This document shows, one piece after another, positions 47,576 to 57,880 of a stretch of DNA of 64,000 nt (position 1 is the stretch's first letter; every line of letters starts with the position of its first letter). Source of the DNA: Candidatus Sericytochromatia bacterium. GTDB taxonomy: Bacteria > Cyanobacteriota > Sericytochromatia > S15B-MN24 > UBA4093. The notes beneath the pieces are model-generated. The model made no database searches. It was given only the letters and a program-made list of their open reading frames with translations, and was not told the origin of the DNA. The position numbers and the translations under genes are program-made. The stretch covers positions 67,555-131,554 of the forward strand of contig JAKFCW010000116.1 in the NCBI GenBank assembly GCA_036676455.1. The letters are read 5' to 3'.

Positions 47576-47762
47576 GCCAAGCACGTCGCGCATTGGACCG
47601 AGGCCCCGCACCCGAAATTGGGTGCGGGGCCTCGGTCTTGAGCAGGCCTGCCTTGAACTACGCTTGACAGCCCGACCATGATGGCGCAAACTGGCTTTGA
47701 CCGCTGGTCAAACCAGTCGTCAAACTTCCGGTCAAACCAGTCAGCGAACCCAGGAGCACCCG

Positions 47763-48422
47763 ATGCCCAGCACCCGATACAAGCGGATGGACCCCGAGAC
47801 CCAGCGCAGGATACTGGAAGCGGCCCGCGCCGAGTTCGTCGAGCACGGCTACGAGGCCTCCTCGATCAACCGAATCATCCAGGCTGCGGGCATCAACAAG
47901 GGCTCGCTCTACTACTACTTCGAGGACAAGGCCGACCTCTTCGTGCGGGTGATCCAGGATGCCCAGGAATCGATGATCCGCGCGATCGCGGACCTCGACC
48001 TCGACCAGATCATGCGGCACCCGCCCCAGGATTTCTGGGGCTACCTGGAGAGCGCCAGCTTTCAGAAGATCGCCTTCGCCAGGCAGCACCCCGAGCTCAC
48101 CCGCCTCACGACCGACTTCATGCGCCAGGCCAGCAAACCGGGGGCTCCTTCCCGCTTCACGACCTTCATGAAGCAGACGCTGTCGCAGTGGTCCGCCCTG
48201 CTGCAGATGGGGCAAGCCCAGGGGGCCGTTCGCGACGACCTTCCGCTCGACGTCCTGATGAACCTGACCATGGCCGTCAGCGAGATCATGAACCGTCCGC
48301 TGATGGACGACCCCTCGGTGCTCGAAGGCATGGGCCCCGACGACATGCGCCGGTACGCCGAGCCTCAGCTCGACATGCTGCGCCGCATCCTCTCCGTTCC
48401 GAAAGGAGGGACCTCCCGATGA
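47763..48422 (+). CDS. TetR-family transcriptional regulator
   Basis: …ILEAARAEFVEHGYEASSINRIIQAAGINKGSLYYYFEDKADLF… TetR_N HTH. Confidence 0.75.
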   Translation: MPSTRYKRMDPETQRRILEAARAEFVEHGYEASSINRIIQAAGINKGSLYYYFEDKADLFVRVIQDAQESMIRAIADLDLDQIMRHPPQDFWGYLESASFQKIAFARQHPELTRLTTDFMRQASKPGAPSRFTTFMKQTLSQWSALLQMGQAQGAVRDDLPLDVLMNLTMAVSEIMNRPLMDDPSVLEGMGPDDMRRYAEPQLDMLRRILSVPKGGTSR

Positions 48423-49174
48423 TTCATCCCCGCTCCAAGTGGCTCATGAGCGGCCTCCTGGCCATCGGGCTCGCGTTCGCCGCTCCCCCGAGCGCCGATG
48501 CCCGCCCGGACGCCAAGACCCTGATCCGTCAGGTCGAAACCCAGTACCAGAGCGCGACCTCTCACTCGGTCTTCCGCATGAAGGTGGTGACCCAGTCGTG
48601 GACCCGCGAGATGACGCTCGAAGCCTGGGGCGAAGGCCGCGACAAGATGCTCTCCAAGATCCTGACCCCCAAGAAGGACGCCGGGACCGCCACCCTCAAG
48701 GTGGGCGACGAGATGTGGAACTACCTGCCCAAGATCGATCGGCTCATGAAGATCCCGTCGAGCCTGATGGGCGATCGCTGGATGGGCAGCCATCTGACCA
48801 ACGACGACCTCGTCAAGGAGAACAAGGTCGACGAGCTCTACACCTTCAAGGTCGCCTCCGAGACCGCCCGGGAGGCCAGCATCGTGGCCACGCCCAGGCC
48901 GGACGCGGCCGTCGTCTGGGGCTCGATCACCTACCGCATCGACCTTTCGCGCCAGGTCCCCCTCGACGTGGCGTACTTCGACGAGGACGGCGAGTTGGTC
49001 CGCACCATCACCTTCGACCAGCTCCGCACGGTCAACGGCCGCACGATTCCCACCCGCATGCGCTACGTGCCGGCCGACGAGCCGGGTGAGTACACCGAGA
49101 TGGTCTACGAGACGATCGAGTTCGATCGCCCGCTGCCCAAGGGCCTTTTCTCGGTGCGCTCCCTGAGGAGGTAG
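48419..49174 (+). CDS. LolA-like outer-membrane lipoprotein-sorting / lipoprotein-carrier-family protein
   Basis: Signal peptide. …LKVGDEMWNYLPKIDRLMKIPSSLMGDRWMGSHLTNDDL… is typical of the LolA-fold family found with FtsX-type ABC exporters. ATGA overlap with TetR. Confidence 0.6.
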   Translation: MIHPRSKWLMSGLLAIGLAFAAPPSADARPDAKTLIRQVETQYQSATSHSVFRMKVVTQSWTREMTLEAWGEGRDKMLSKILTPKKDAGTATLKVGDEMWNYLPKIDRLMKIPSSLMGDRWMGSHLTNDDLVKENKVDELYTFKVASETAREASIVATPRPDAAVVWGSITYRIDLSRQVPLDVAYFDEDGELVRTITFDQLRTVNGRTIPTRMRYVPADEPGEYTEMVYETIEFDRPLPKGLFSVRSLRR

Positions 49175-49176
49175 CC

Positions 49177-50412
49177 ATGGCCTTCATGACGCGGATGGGA
49201 TTTCGCAACCTCTGGCGAAACAAGCGCCGAACCCTGCTCACCATGTCGGCGATGGCGATCGCCACCGCCCTGCTGATCGTGACCCTGGGCATCACCGAGA
49301 GCGTCATGGTCGACTCCGTGGACAACGCCACCGGCCTCTACCACGGCCACGCCAAGGTCACGGCGCCGGGCTACCTCGACGGCCGTGACATGGATCTCAC
49401 GCTCGACGCCGGGGCCAAGCCGCCGGCACTCGAAAGCGACCCAAGCGTCCTCGGCGCGGCCGGACGCGTGCGAGGCTTCGCCCTCCTGAGCGCGGGCCAC
49501 GACTCCGACTCCCTCAGCCAGCCCGCCGAACTGCTGGGCGTCTCGCCCCGCGAGGAAGAAGCCGTGAGCGCGCTCAGCACGCGCCTCGCCGCGGGATCCA
49601 ACCTGGCCGAGGGCCGGCTCAACGATATCCTCTTGGGCACGACCCTCGCCAAGCGCCTCGGCGCATCCCTGGGATCCGAGGTCGTGGCCATGGGGCAAGC
49701 CGCCGACGGGTCGGTGGCCGCCGAGGTCTTCACGGTCGCGGGCCTCTTGAACTCGGGAGACGCCATGCTCGACGGCTCGCTGGCCCTGGCCCCGCGCGCC
49801 ACGCTGCAACGCATGTTCGCGCTGGACGGCCGCCTTCACGAATGGGTCGTCAAGCTATCCAACCCCAAGGCCAGCCGCGACTGGGCCAAGCAGACTCAGG
49901 CGCGCGTCACCGACGCCGAGGTCACCTCCTGGGAGCGCATGCTGCCCCAGATGGCCGCGATGATGCGGCAATCTGGGACGAGCAAGGTCATGACGTCCGT
50001 GATCTTCTACTTCGCGGTGGTGCTCGTGACCATCAACACCATGTACATGGCGCAGCTCGAACGGCTGCGCGAGTTCGCGGTGATGGGCGCCATCGGCCTG
50101 AAGCCCCGGCGGCTCATGGCGCTCATAGTCCTCGAAGGCCTCATGATGAGCGCGATCGCCGCCGTCGTCGGCGGGCTCGCCGGCACGGGCCTCAGCTTCT
50201 ACCTGATGGAGCACCCCATCGTCATGTCCTCGAGCGCCGAGTCCCTCACCATGGCCGGCACCACCTTGAGCACCTCCATGCGCAGCGAGCCCAGCTGGGA
50301 CAGCATCCTCTTCCCGGTCCTGCTCATGATGAGCCTGGGGGGCGTGCTCTCGCTCTTCCCGGCCTGGAAGCTCGGGCGCTTGCGTCCCGTCGACGCGCTC
50401 AGGGAGGTTTGA
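49177..50412 (+). CDS. ABC transporter permease (FtsX/MacB-LolC-like)
   Basis: N-terminal TM, a large periplasmic domain and a C-terminal 3-TM FtsX domain. Confidence 0.8.
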   Translation: MAFMTRMGFRNLWRNKRRTLLTMSAMAIATALLIVTLGITESVMVDSVDNATGLYHGHAKVTAPGYLDGRDMDLTLDAGAKPPALESDPSVLGAAGRVRGFALLSAGHDSDSLSQPAELLGVSPREEEAVSALSTRLAAGSNLAEGRLNDILLGTTLAKRLGASLGSEVVAMGQAADGSVAAEVFTVAGLLNSGDAMLDGSLALAPRATLQRMFALDGRLHEWVVKLSNPKASRDWAKQTQARVTDAEVTSWERMLPQMAAMMRQSGTSKVMTSVIFYFAVVLVTINTMYMAQLERLREFAVMGAIGLKPRRLMALIVLEGLMMSAIAAVVGGLAGTGLSFYLMEHPIVMSSSAESLTMAGTTLSTSMRSEPSWDSILFPVLLMMSLGGVLSLFPAWKLGRLRPVDALREV

Positions 50413-50413
50413 G

Positions 50414-51640
50414 ATGATCTGGTTCCGAATCGCCTGGCGCAACCTCTGGCGCAACCGGCGGCGCACGTCCATCCAGCTCGCCGCCATCGCCGGAAGCTTG
50501 TTCCTGGCTCTCTTCTACCATCACATCGCCGTCGGGATGTACGCCGACATGATCGACGACGGAGTCCGCTCCGGCTCCGGTCACGTCGGGCTCTACCACA
50601 AACGCTACCTCGATGACCGCCAGGTCTCCGACACCATCCCCGCCGATACCCTCGTTCCCCTTCTCTCGCAGGAACCGGGCGTCGAGGCAGTCTACGCTCG
50701 CCTCAACGTCCCCGGCCTCCTGCGATCCAGCCGGAACTCCCGGCCCGCTTTGGGCATGGGCCTCGACATCGCGCGCGAGGCCGCTCACAACATCCTGCTG
50801 GATCCGAAGAACCTGGTCGCCGGCTCGCTTCCCGACAGTCCCGCTGAGGTCGCGATCGGCGAGGTGCTGGCCCAGGAGCTGCAGGTGAAGGTCGGCAAGA
50901 AGGTCGTCTGGATGGCCCAGGACGCCCAGGGTGAGATGGCGAGCAAGCTATTCAAGGTCTCGGGCATCCTCAAGACCGGCGTGAAGGCCGTCGACTCCGG
51001 CACCGTGCTGGCCTCTCGCGAGGCCTTGGCCGCGCTCATCGGGCGCGAGGGGCACGCCCATGAGATCGCCGTCATGCTCGAGGGCCCCGAGGCCATTCCC
51101 GGGATGCTGCCGCGCCTGAAGGCGATCGCCTCCCAGGCTGAAGCGACCGACGCCTATCCCTGGCAGAAAGCCATGCCCAACCTTGCCGCCATCATCGAGT
51201 GGGGGAACTCCGAGACCCGGATGATCGTGAGCATCCTCTTCGTGCTGGTCGGCATCGGCACCCTCAACACGATGCTCATGAGCGTCATGGAGCGCACCCG
51301 CGAGTTCGGAGTGATCCGGGCGCTGGGCGTCCACCGGGGATCCATCCGCGTGATGGTCATGGCGGAAGCCCTGGTGCTGGGCCTCGCTGGCTCGGTCGTC
51401 GGCGTGGCCCTGACAGGCCTTTTGGGGCTCTACACCTCGACGGTCGGCATGGACTTCTCGGCCATGTACCAGGACATGGACATGGGCGGCGTCGCCCTGG
51501 ACCCGGTGATCCGCACCGGCTGGGACTGGACCATGGTGCTCGGGCTCTCGCTAGGCATGATTCTGCTCTCGGTACTGGCTTCACTCTACCCGGCACAGCG
51601 GGCGCTCGCCATCCGGCCCGCCGACGCCATCCGCAAGTGA
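50414..51640 (+). CDS. ABC transporter permease (FtsX/MacB-LolE-like)
   Basis: Same architecture as the preceding gene. Starts 2 nt after it. Confidence 0.8.
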   Translation: MIWFRIAWRNLWRNRRRTSIQLAAIAGSLFLALFYHHIAVGMYADMIDDGVRSGSGHVGLYHKRYLDDRQVSDTIPADTLVPLLSQEPGVEAVYARLNVPGLLRSSRNSRPALGMGLDIAREAAHNILLDPKNLVAGSLPDSPAEVAIGEVLAQELQVKVGKKVVWMAQDAQGEMASKLFKVSGILKTGVKAVDSGTVLASREALAALIGREGHAHEIAVMLEGPEAIPGMLPRLKAIASQAEATDAYPWQKAMPNLAAIIEWGNSETRMIVSILFVLVGIGTLNTMLMSVMERTREFGVIRALGVHRGSIRVMVMAEALVLGLAGSVVGVALTGLLGLYTSTVGMDFSAMYQDMDMGGVALDPVIRTGWDWTMVLGLSLGMILLSVLASLYPAQRALAIRPADAIRK

Positions 51641-51653
51641 GCCGTGAAAAGGA

Positions 51654-52352
51654 TTGACTGAGATGAACGCGATTGAACTACACGGTGTGAAGAAGCACTA
51701 CGCGCAAGCCGACAACGTCGTGCGGGCAGTGGATGGGATCGATCTGACGCTGGCTCCCGGGGAATTCGCCTCCCTGGCGGGAACCTCCGGCTCCGGCAAG
51801 ACCACCCTGCTGAACCTGATCGGCGGGCTCGACCGGCCCAAGGAGGGCACGCTCGCGATCGACGGAGTCGACACCCGCGACAAGTCGGACGACGAACTGG
51901 CCGAGCTGCGCCTGCGCCGGATCGGCTTCGTCTTCCAGGCCTACAACCTGATCCCGGTGCTGACGGCCTACGAGAACGTTCAGTTCGTCCTGCAGGCGCA
52001 GGGCGTCCCCGAGCGCCTGCATAAAGCCCGGATCATGCCGATCCTCGAAGAGCTGGGACTCGCCGAGCTGGCGACGCGCTTCCCGACGCAGCTCTCGGGA
52101 GGCCAGCAGCAGCGCGTGGCGGTGGCCCGGGCCATCGTGGGAAATCCCGCCATCGTGCTCGCCGACGAGCCGACCGCCAACCTCGACTCCGAGACGGCGG
52201 CCTCGCTGCTCGGCATGATGCGGCGGCTGAACCAGGAGCACGGCATCACCTTCCTCTTCAGCTCGCATGACCCGGCGGTCATCGCGATCGCCGAACGGGT
52301 AATCCGGCTCAAGGACGGCAAGGTCATCGCTGATGAACGCAAGGACGCTTAG
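51654..52352 (+). CDS. ABC transporter ATP-binding protein (LolD/MacB-type)
   Basis: Walker A GTSGSGKTT, signature LSGGQQQRVAVARA, Walker B IVLADEPT. Confidence 0.9.
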   Translation: MTEMNAIELHGVKKHYAQADNVVRAVDGIDLTLAPGEFASLAGTSGSGKTTLLNLIGGLDRPKEGTLAIDGVDTRDKSDDELAELRLRRIGFVFQAYNLIPVLTAYENVQFVLQAQGVPERLHKARIMPILEELGLAELATRFPTQLSGGQQQRVAVARAIVGNPAIVLADEPTANLDSETAASLLGMMRRLNQEHGITFLFSSHDPAVIAIAERVIRLKDGKVIADERKDA

Positions 52353-53559
52353 CGCCGCCCTCGCGGCCTCCGTTCTCCTCGGAGCGACCCCATCCTGGGC
52401 CGAGACCGAGTCGGGGGTGGCCCTGCGGCATAACGTGCTAACCGCCGACTGGTTGAGCCGACCGGCGGGCATCCCGCTTCCTGCCGGCGGCGTCGGCACG
52501 AGCGAGACCCGTGCGCGGGTCTGGTTCCATCAGCCCCTGGGTGAAGCCCGGCTCAACACTGCCTTCGAACTGACGACGGGCTTTGGATCCACGGGTGCCA
52601 GCGGCATTGCGCTCATCGGAAACGGCACGCCCCAGCAAAGCCGGCCCTTCGAGGTCATGGACCTCGGTTGGTCGCAAGGGACCGGGACGACCACCCGAGG
52701 CCGGATCGAACGGCTGGACGCGACCTGGAGCCTGGGGGCTTTCGACTTCGACCTCGGCCGCCAGCCCGTCAGCCTCGGCACCAGCCACTTCGTGGGCGTG
52801 CTGGACGTGCTCGCGCCCTTCGCGCCGGGAGCCTTGGACTCCTCGTACAAGCCGGGCATCGATGCACTGCGCGCTCGCACGGCCCTCGCAGAGAAGGGTG
52901 AGGCCGAGGTGATCCTGGCTGGAAGCGATCCCTGGAATGTCGGGGGCTCGCTCGCAAGGCTTCGAACCTCGCTCCACGGCATGGACGTCGAGGTCCTGGG
53001 TGGGCGGTTCCGCAACCGGGGCTTCGGCGGTCTCGGCTGGGAAGGCGAACTTGGGCCAGCCGGCATCTGGGGAGAGCTGGCGCTCTTCGAGCGGCGGCCG
53101 GACGCCGAGCAGATCCGCGGAGGCTGGCCCCATGCGGCCTTCTCGGGAGTGATCGGGGCGGACTTCAACCTCCCCTTCGAGACCCGCGGTGGGGCCGCCC
53201 TGATGCTTCAGGACTTCGGTGCCCGCCGCCCCGAAGATCTCGCCTCCGTCCACACCGATGCCCCCTTTCGCGAAGGCTGGGCCTTTCTGGGATCGGCCGG
53301 CTACGGCGTGGTCACGGCCTCCAAGCAGTTGCACCCGCTGGTCAACGGCTCCTTGGCAGGACTCCTGAACCTGGTCGACGGCTCCACCCTGTGGCAGCCA
53401 CGGCTGACGTTAAGCATCAGCGACAACTCGGATCTGGGGGCTTACGCCTGGGTCGGGCTGGGATCGCCGCCGCGCCTCGACGGCGAGTCCGTCTCGCTCG
53501 GCTCGGAGTTCGGAGGGATCCCGACCGGCGTCGGCCTCTACTCGCGCTGGTACTTCTAG
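52333..53559 (+). CDS. Putative outer-membrane beta-barrel protein
   Basis: Signal peptide (…VLLGATPSWA), Gly/aromatic-rich beta-strand pattern, C-terminal …YSRWYF aromatic terminus. Overlaps the ATPase stop. Confidence 0.5.
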   Translation: MNARTLSAALAASVLLGATPSWAETESGVALRHNVLTADWLSRPAGIPLPAGGVGTSETRARVWFHQPLGEARLNTAFELTTGFGSTGASGIALIGNGTPQQSRPFEVMDLGWSQGTGTTTRGRIERLDATWSLGAFDFDLGRQPVSLGTSHFVGVLDVLAPFAPGALDSSYKPGIDALRARTALAEKGEAEVILAGSDPWNVGGSLARLRTSLHGMDVEVLGGRFRNRGFGGLGWEGELGPAGIWGELALFERRPDAEQIRGGWPHAAFSGVIGADFNLPFETRGGAALMLQDFGARRPEDLASVHTDAPFREGWAFLGSAGYGVVTASKQLHPLVNGSLAGLLNLVDGSTLWQPRLTLSISDNSDLGAYAWVGLGSPPRLDGESVSLGSEFGGIPTGVGLYSRWYF

Positions 53560-53721
53560 CCACCGACGCGCGTGCGTTTTTTGTGCAAGTAGTATCCCCG
53601 GCTCACCGGGCCCGCCGGATCCGCATGATTGCATGCGTCCATGAGGGGTGATTTAATTGAGTTAACATGACAATCAGAGCAATAAACCGGACTTTCCGGG
53701 CCAAGCTCCTCTCACGCGAGG

Positions 53722-54927
53722 ATGACGCGAATGATGCTACCGTTTCTGATGACCTTGCTCGATGCCTCCCCCGACTTCTTCTGCTTCACGGACGGCGACG
53801 GGCACTGGTTGCTGGCAAACGATGCATTCCTCAAGCTCTTTCAGCTGGACGGAGCCGCCTACCAGGGCAAGACCAACTACGAGCTCGCGCAGCTGAGGCC
53901 CTTCTTCCGCGAAGCTTTTCTGACCTGCGAAGCGACCAATGAGCGCACCTGGGCCTCCGGAAAGCGCTGCAAGGCCGAGGAGATCATCCCGCAACCGTCT
54001 GCTCCGGCAGTCATCCTGGAGACCATCAAGGTCCCCGTCTTCAACGACGACGGCACCCGCATGGGGCTGGTCATCATCGGACGGGACGTCACCGAACGCA
54101 AGCAATCCGAGCGGGCGCTTCACCAGCTCACCATGGAACTCCAGCGCCGCAAGGATCAAGTGGAGGCAGAGGTCGCCGAGCGCACCCGCGAACTTCAACG
54201 GGCCAATGAGAAGCTACGCGAACTCGATCGCCTCAAGAGCGACTTCATCAACTCGGCCTCCCACGAGCTCCGCACTCCCCTGACCTCCATCATGGGCTAC
54301 GCGGAGTTCCTCGAGGACGGCATCGGGGGCGACCTGACCGCGCAGCAGCTTGCGTTCGTCTCCCAGATTCAGCAAAGCACGGACCGGCTCCAGTTCCTCG
54401 TCGAGGATCTCCTCGATTTCGCGCGGCTCGAGGCCGGGACGTTCCGCCTCAGCCCTCAAGAAACGGACTTGAGCCACGTCGTGCGCAACGGTTTGTCGAG
54501 CCTTTTGCCGCAGGCGCATGAGTCTCAGCTCAGCCTGGAGGCCGAGGTGCCTTTCGAGCCCATGCGGCTGCGCATGGACGTGAAGCGAATCGAACAGGTC
54601 CTCTTCAACCTGGTCGGAAACGCGATCAAGTTCACGCCCGCAGGCGGCCGGATCAATATTTCGGTCGACTCCTTGGGCCACGCGTACAAGCTCTCGATTC
54701 AGGATTCCGGAGTCGGCATCTCCGCCGACCACCTGCCGCGGCTTTTCGAGAAGTTCTACCAGGTGGACCCCTCCGACACGCGCGAACACAGCGGCGCCGG
54801 CCTCGGACTCGCCATCTCGAAGTCGATCATCGAGGCCCACGGAGGGTGCATCGGAGTCGAAAGCCGGCTGGGGGAAGGAAGCACCTTCTGGTTCACCCTC
54901 CCGTGCCAGCCGCAAAAGGCTGACTAG
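53722..54927 (+). CDS. PAS-domain sensor histidine kinase
   Basis: PAS (…DFFCFTDGDGHWLLANDAF…), a coiled coil, an H-box …FINSASHELRTPLTS… and HATPase motifs (…GLGLAISKSIIEAHGG…). Confidence 0.8.
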   Translation: MTRMMLPFLMTLLDASPDFFCFTDGDGHWLLANDAFLKLFQLDGAAYQGKTNYELAQLRPFFREAFLTCEATNERTWASGKRCKAEEIIPQPSAPAVILETIKVPVFNDDGTRMGLVIIGRDVTERKQSERALHQLTMELQRRKDQVEAEVAERTRELQRANEKLRELDRLKSDFINSASHELRTPLTSIMGYAEFLEDGIGGDLTAQQLAFVSQIQQSTDRLQFLVEDLLDFARLEAGTFRLSPQETDLSHVVRNGLSSLLPQAHESQLSLEAEVPFEPMRLRMDVKRIEQVLFNLVGNAIKFTPAGGRINISVDSLGHAYKLSIQDSGVGISADHLPRLFEKFYQVDPSDTREHSGAGLGLAISKSIIEAHGGCIGVESRLGEGSTFWFTLPCQPQKAD

Positions 54928-54963
54928 CACCGAATCAACGACTATCGCGCTTCGTGCATTCCG

Positions 54964-55566
54964 CTAGCCAGCGGTATGTGCCTGGATGAGTGCATCGGCC
55001 ATGCGCTTGACTCGAGATCCGGGTCCCAAGGGCCCCACGCTCTGCGCGCTGACCCGGGCGCCCTCGATGAGCAGGAAGAGCTCATCGGCGAGCAGCTCGG
55101 GATGACGAGCGCCGAGCGCACGACAAAGTTCGAGGATCTGGTTGCGACAGGCCTGTTTTTGCTCCTCGATGACCACGCGGGCCGGATGATCCTTCTCGGA
55201 AAGCTCGACCGCCGCGTTGGAAAGCGGACAGCCCCGGGAGTTCCCCACCCCCGTCACAACGACGTCCAGCCAGGCGTCCAGCTGGGCGCGCGGCTCGCCG
55301 GGGTGCGCCGCGGCCACCTGTTTCCAGAACGCCTCCTCGGCGGCTGCGATCTCGCGGAGGTACTCGGCAACCAGGACGTCCTTGGACTCGAAATGCCGGT
55401 AAAGGGTCATCTTGTTGGAGCCCGCCGCCTCGGCGATGCTTTCCACTCCTACCGCCCGGATGCCGTGTTCTGCAAAAAGCAGGCGCGCCGCGGCCAGGAT
55501 GCGCTGGCGCGGGGGGAGCTGCATGTCGATGACGCCCGTGATCAGGCTGGCAAGATTTTTCTTCAC
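54964..55566 (-). CDS. TetR-family transcriptional regulator
   Basis: …ILAAARLLFAEHGIRAVGVESIAEAAGSNKMTLYRHFESKD… HTH. Confidence 0.8.
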   Translation of the reverse strand: MKKNLASLITGVIDMQLPPRQRILAAARLLFAEHGIRAVGVESIAEAAGSNKMTLYRHFESKDVLVAEYLREIAAAEEAFWKQVAAAHPGEPRAQLDAWLDVVVTGVGNSRGCPLSNAAVELSEKDHPARVVIEEQKQACRNQILELCRALGARHPELLADELFLLIEGARVSAQSVGPLGPGSRVKRMADALIQAHTAG

Positions 55567-55909
55567 GACCCTTGACTTCTTAGTTACCGATCAGTAACAT
55601 CAGGACCTGTTACCGATCGGTATCATAGCAAAGATCCCCCTTTGTGTCTCGCTTCCACTTGCTTCCGAGGAACAGCCCCTATGTCCACCAACCTTCTCAC
55701 CCTTTCCAGGTCCTCCAAGGCCTGGAGCATCGGCCTCTGGGCCGTCCAGGTGCTCGTCGCCTGGGGGCGCCTTTCGACGGCCCCCATCGCCCCGCGCAAG
55801 TAAGCGAGTTCTCGCCAGGGGACGCGCGGGCGTCACCCCTGGCGCCACGAGGGTTCCCCGTCGGGTAGACTGAATCAGGGCAAGCCCTCGCCAACGACCA
55901 TGAGGAGAC

Positions 55910-56611
55910 GTGATGAAAGTCGAAATCTATTCGGATATTCAGTGCCCCTGGTGCTACATCGGCAAGGCCCGCTTCGAGAAGGCGCTCGAAGCCTTCCCCC
56001 AGCGGGATCAGGTGGAGGTCGTCTACAAGGCCTACCAGCTCAACGCCGACCTTCCCACCGACCCCCAGCAGGCCATGCTGCATGACGAGTACCTGACCGA
56101 GCGCTACGGCCCCGGCTTCAAGCAGATGAGCCAGAACGTCAAAGCCGTTGCCGCCAAGGAAGGCCTGGAGTTCCACACGGAGAAGGCCCTGATCGTCAAC
56201 ACGTTCAACGGCCACCGGCTACTCGCCCTGGCCGAGCGCGAAGGCGGAGCGGACCTCAAGCAGAAGCTCGCCACCCGGCTCTTCAAGGCGCAGTTCACCG
56301 ATGGGGACAACCTGGCGGACACGGCGCGGCTGGCCGAGATTGCCGGCGAGCTGGGCATGTCGCCGGAGCGCGTCCGGGACTACCTGGCCTCCGATGACGG
56401 AGCCGACGTGGTCAGCGCCGAGATCAACCAGGCTCGCGAGATGGGTATCACGGGAGTTCCCACCTTCGTCTTCGAAGGCAAGTGGGGAGTGTCGGGCGCT
56501 CAGGAGGCCGAGACCTTCTTGAAGATTCTCGAGCAGGTTTCGGCCGAGATCGGCGAAACGCCGACCGAGGGCGACGCCCCGGCCTGCGAAGGAGATTCCT
56601 GCGTGGTCTAG
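55910..56611 (+). CDS. DsbA-family thiol:disulfide oxidoreductase (FrnE/HCCA-isomerase-like)
   Basis: N-terminal …YSDIQCPWCYIGK… CPWC active site, characteristic of the FrnE/DsbA_FrnE subfamily. Confidence 0.8.
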   Translation: MMKVEIYSDIQCPWCYIGKARFEKALEAFPQRDQVEVVYKAYQLNADLPTDPQQAMLHDEYLTERYGPGFKQMSQNVKAVAAKEGLEFHTEKALIVNTFNGHRLLALAEREGGADLKQKLATRLFKAQFTDGDNLADTARLAEIAGELGMSPERVRDYLASDDGADVVSAEINQAREMGITGVPTFVFEGKWGVSGAQEAETFLKILEQVSAEIGETPTEGDAPACEGDSCVV

Positions 56612-56623
56612 CCGACAGGCTAA

Positions 56624-57796
56624 TTAGTTGAGCTTGGGAGCCGCTCCGAGCATGCCGCTCGGGGCGGCTTTCTTGCTGGCAGTCGGGGTCGCGGCAGGGG
56701 CAGCGCCGGTGAGCTTGTCTCCGAGCTTGGTGAACATCGTCGTGACCTGCTTGGCAATGCCGCGGGCCGCCTCGGAAATCACGCCACCGAAGGCCTTCGC
56801 GCCCTCGACGGGATTGGCGAGGTACGAGAGCATCTGGCGGTCGGTATTGCCCGCTTCGAGGTCGCGCTTGCGGGTGGCAATCAATCCGAGCTCGGTGGCG
56901 ACGCCGAAGGCGGCCGCCGCAGGCACCAGGGCCGCCCCACCGGTGATGACGGAGGCCCCGAAGAGGACCGCGCCGCTCGCGATGGAGCCGGCGACCAGGC
57001 CCTTGGAGGTGTTGGAGCTGCGGGGGTCGCGCCAGATGTCGATGGCGATCCGGATCGAATTGGCGAGCGCGGCCAGGTTCAGGACGGGCATGAGCTTGCC
57101 CAGCTTGCGGACCAAGACGCCGAGCGGGCTGGCGGAGACCGTGGCGGCCAGGCGGCCGATTCCTGCGGTCATGCCCTTGAAGGCGGGGAACTTGCCGAGC
57201 CACTTGCCGATGCCGGTGGCCGCGCCACTTAGCTGCTGAGCGAGCACCACGCCGTTCTGGGTATGCTGCGCGAGCTTGAGGCCGGACTTCACGCGATCGC
57301 CTCGGGTGGTCAGGGGCGAAACCACCTTCTTGACTTCCTTCGAGACCTGTTCCACCGTCTCGGAGACCTTCGCCTCACCGGTGGCGATCATGACGGCATC
57401 CGCCACCACGGAGAGCTTCGAAAGGCTGGGAGAGTTCTTGAGCACGGCCTTGGCCGTCATCGCGGCGGCGAAGTGATCTCCCTTGGCAGCAGCGACGGCT
57501 CCCGAGACCACGGTGGCGCCCTTGGCGATTCCCTCGGCGACCTCCGGGCTGGCCGACATGGTCTTGGCGGCGACCTTTGCGGCCTCCACGGCGGCGGCGG
57601 CGGCATCCCCGCTGGCGACGTTCGACGTGAGCGTCGTGCCCCCCACCAGCTTGCCAACGAAGACGTCCGTCTTGTTCGCGACGCTCGACTTGAGCGCTTC
57701 CTCGGTCTGATCGCCCTCCTGAGCCTCCGGCGCCGCGGGGCGCGAAGTGCGGACGAACATGTCGTGGATTCTCGATTGGCCGTTGATGGTGCTCAT
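56624..57796 (-). CDS. Ala/Gly/Val/Lys-rich low-complexity protein of unknown function
   Basis: 390 aa, no signal peptide. High GC3 in this frame and a GGAG RBS support it being coding. The overlapping plus-strand ORF 56628..57239 is its antisense shadow. Confidence 0.5.
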   Translation of the reverse strand: MSTINGQSRIHDMFVRTSRPAAPEAQEGDQTEEALKSSVANKTDVFVGKLVGGTTLTSNVASGDAAAAAVEAAKVAAKTMSASPEVAEGIAKGATVVSGAVAAAKGDHFAAAMTAKAVLKNSPSLSKLSVVADAVMIATGEAKVSETVEQVSKEVKKVVSPLTTRGDRVKSGLKLAQHTQNGVVLAQQLSGAATGIGKWLGKFPAFKGMTAGIGRLAATVSASPLGVLVRKLGKLMPVLNLAALANSIRIAIDIWRDPRSSNTSKGLVAGSIASGAVLFGASVITGGAALVPAAAAFGVATELGLIATRKRDLEAGNTDRQMLSYLANPVEGAKAFGGVISEAARGIAKQVTTMFTKLGDKLTGAAPAATPTASKKAAPSGMLGAAPKLN

Positions 57797-57880
57797 GGGA
57801 AAGGCTCCGTTAAAAGGGTGTTAGGAGTCTTATCCCCTCGAGGAGCCCGGAAGTTGCGTTAAGAAGTCGGTAAGTTCCGA

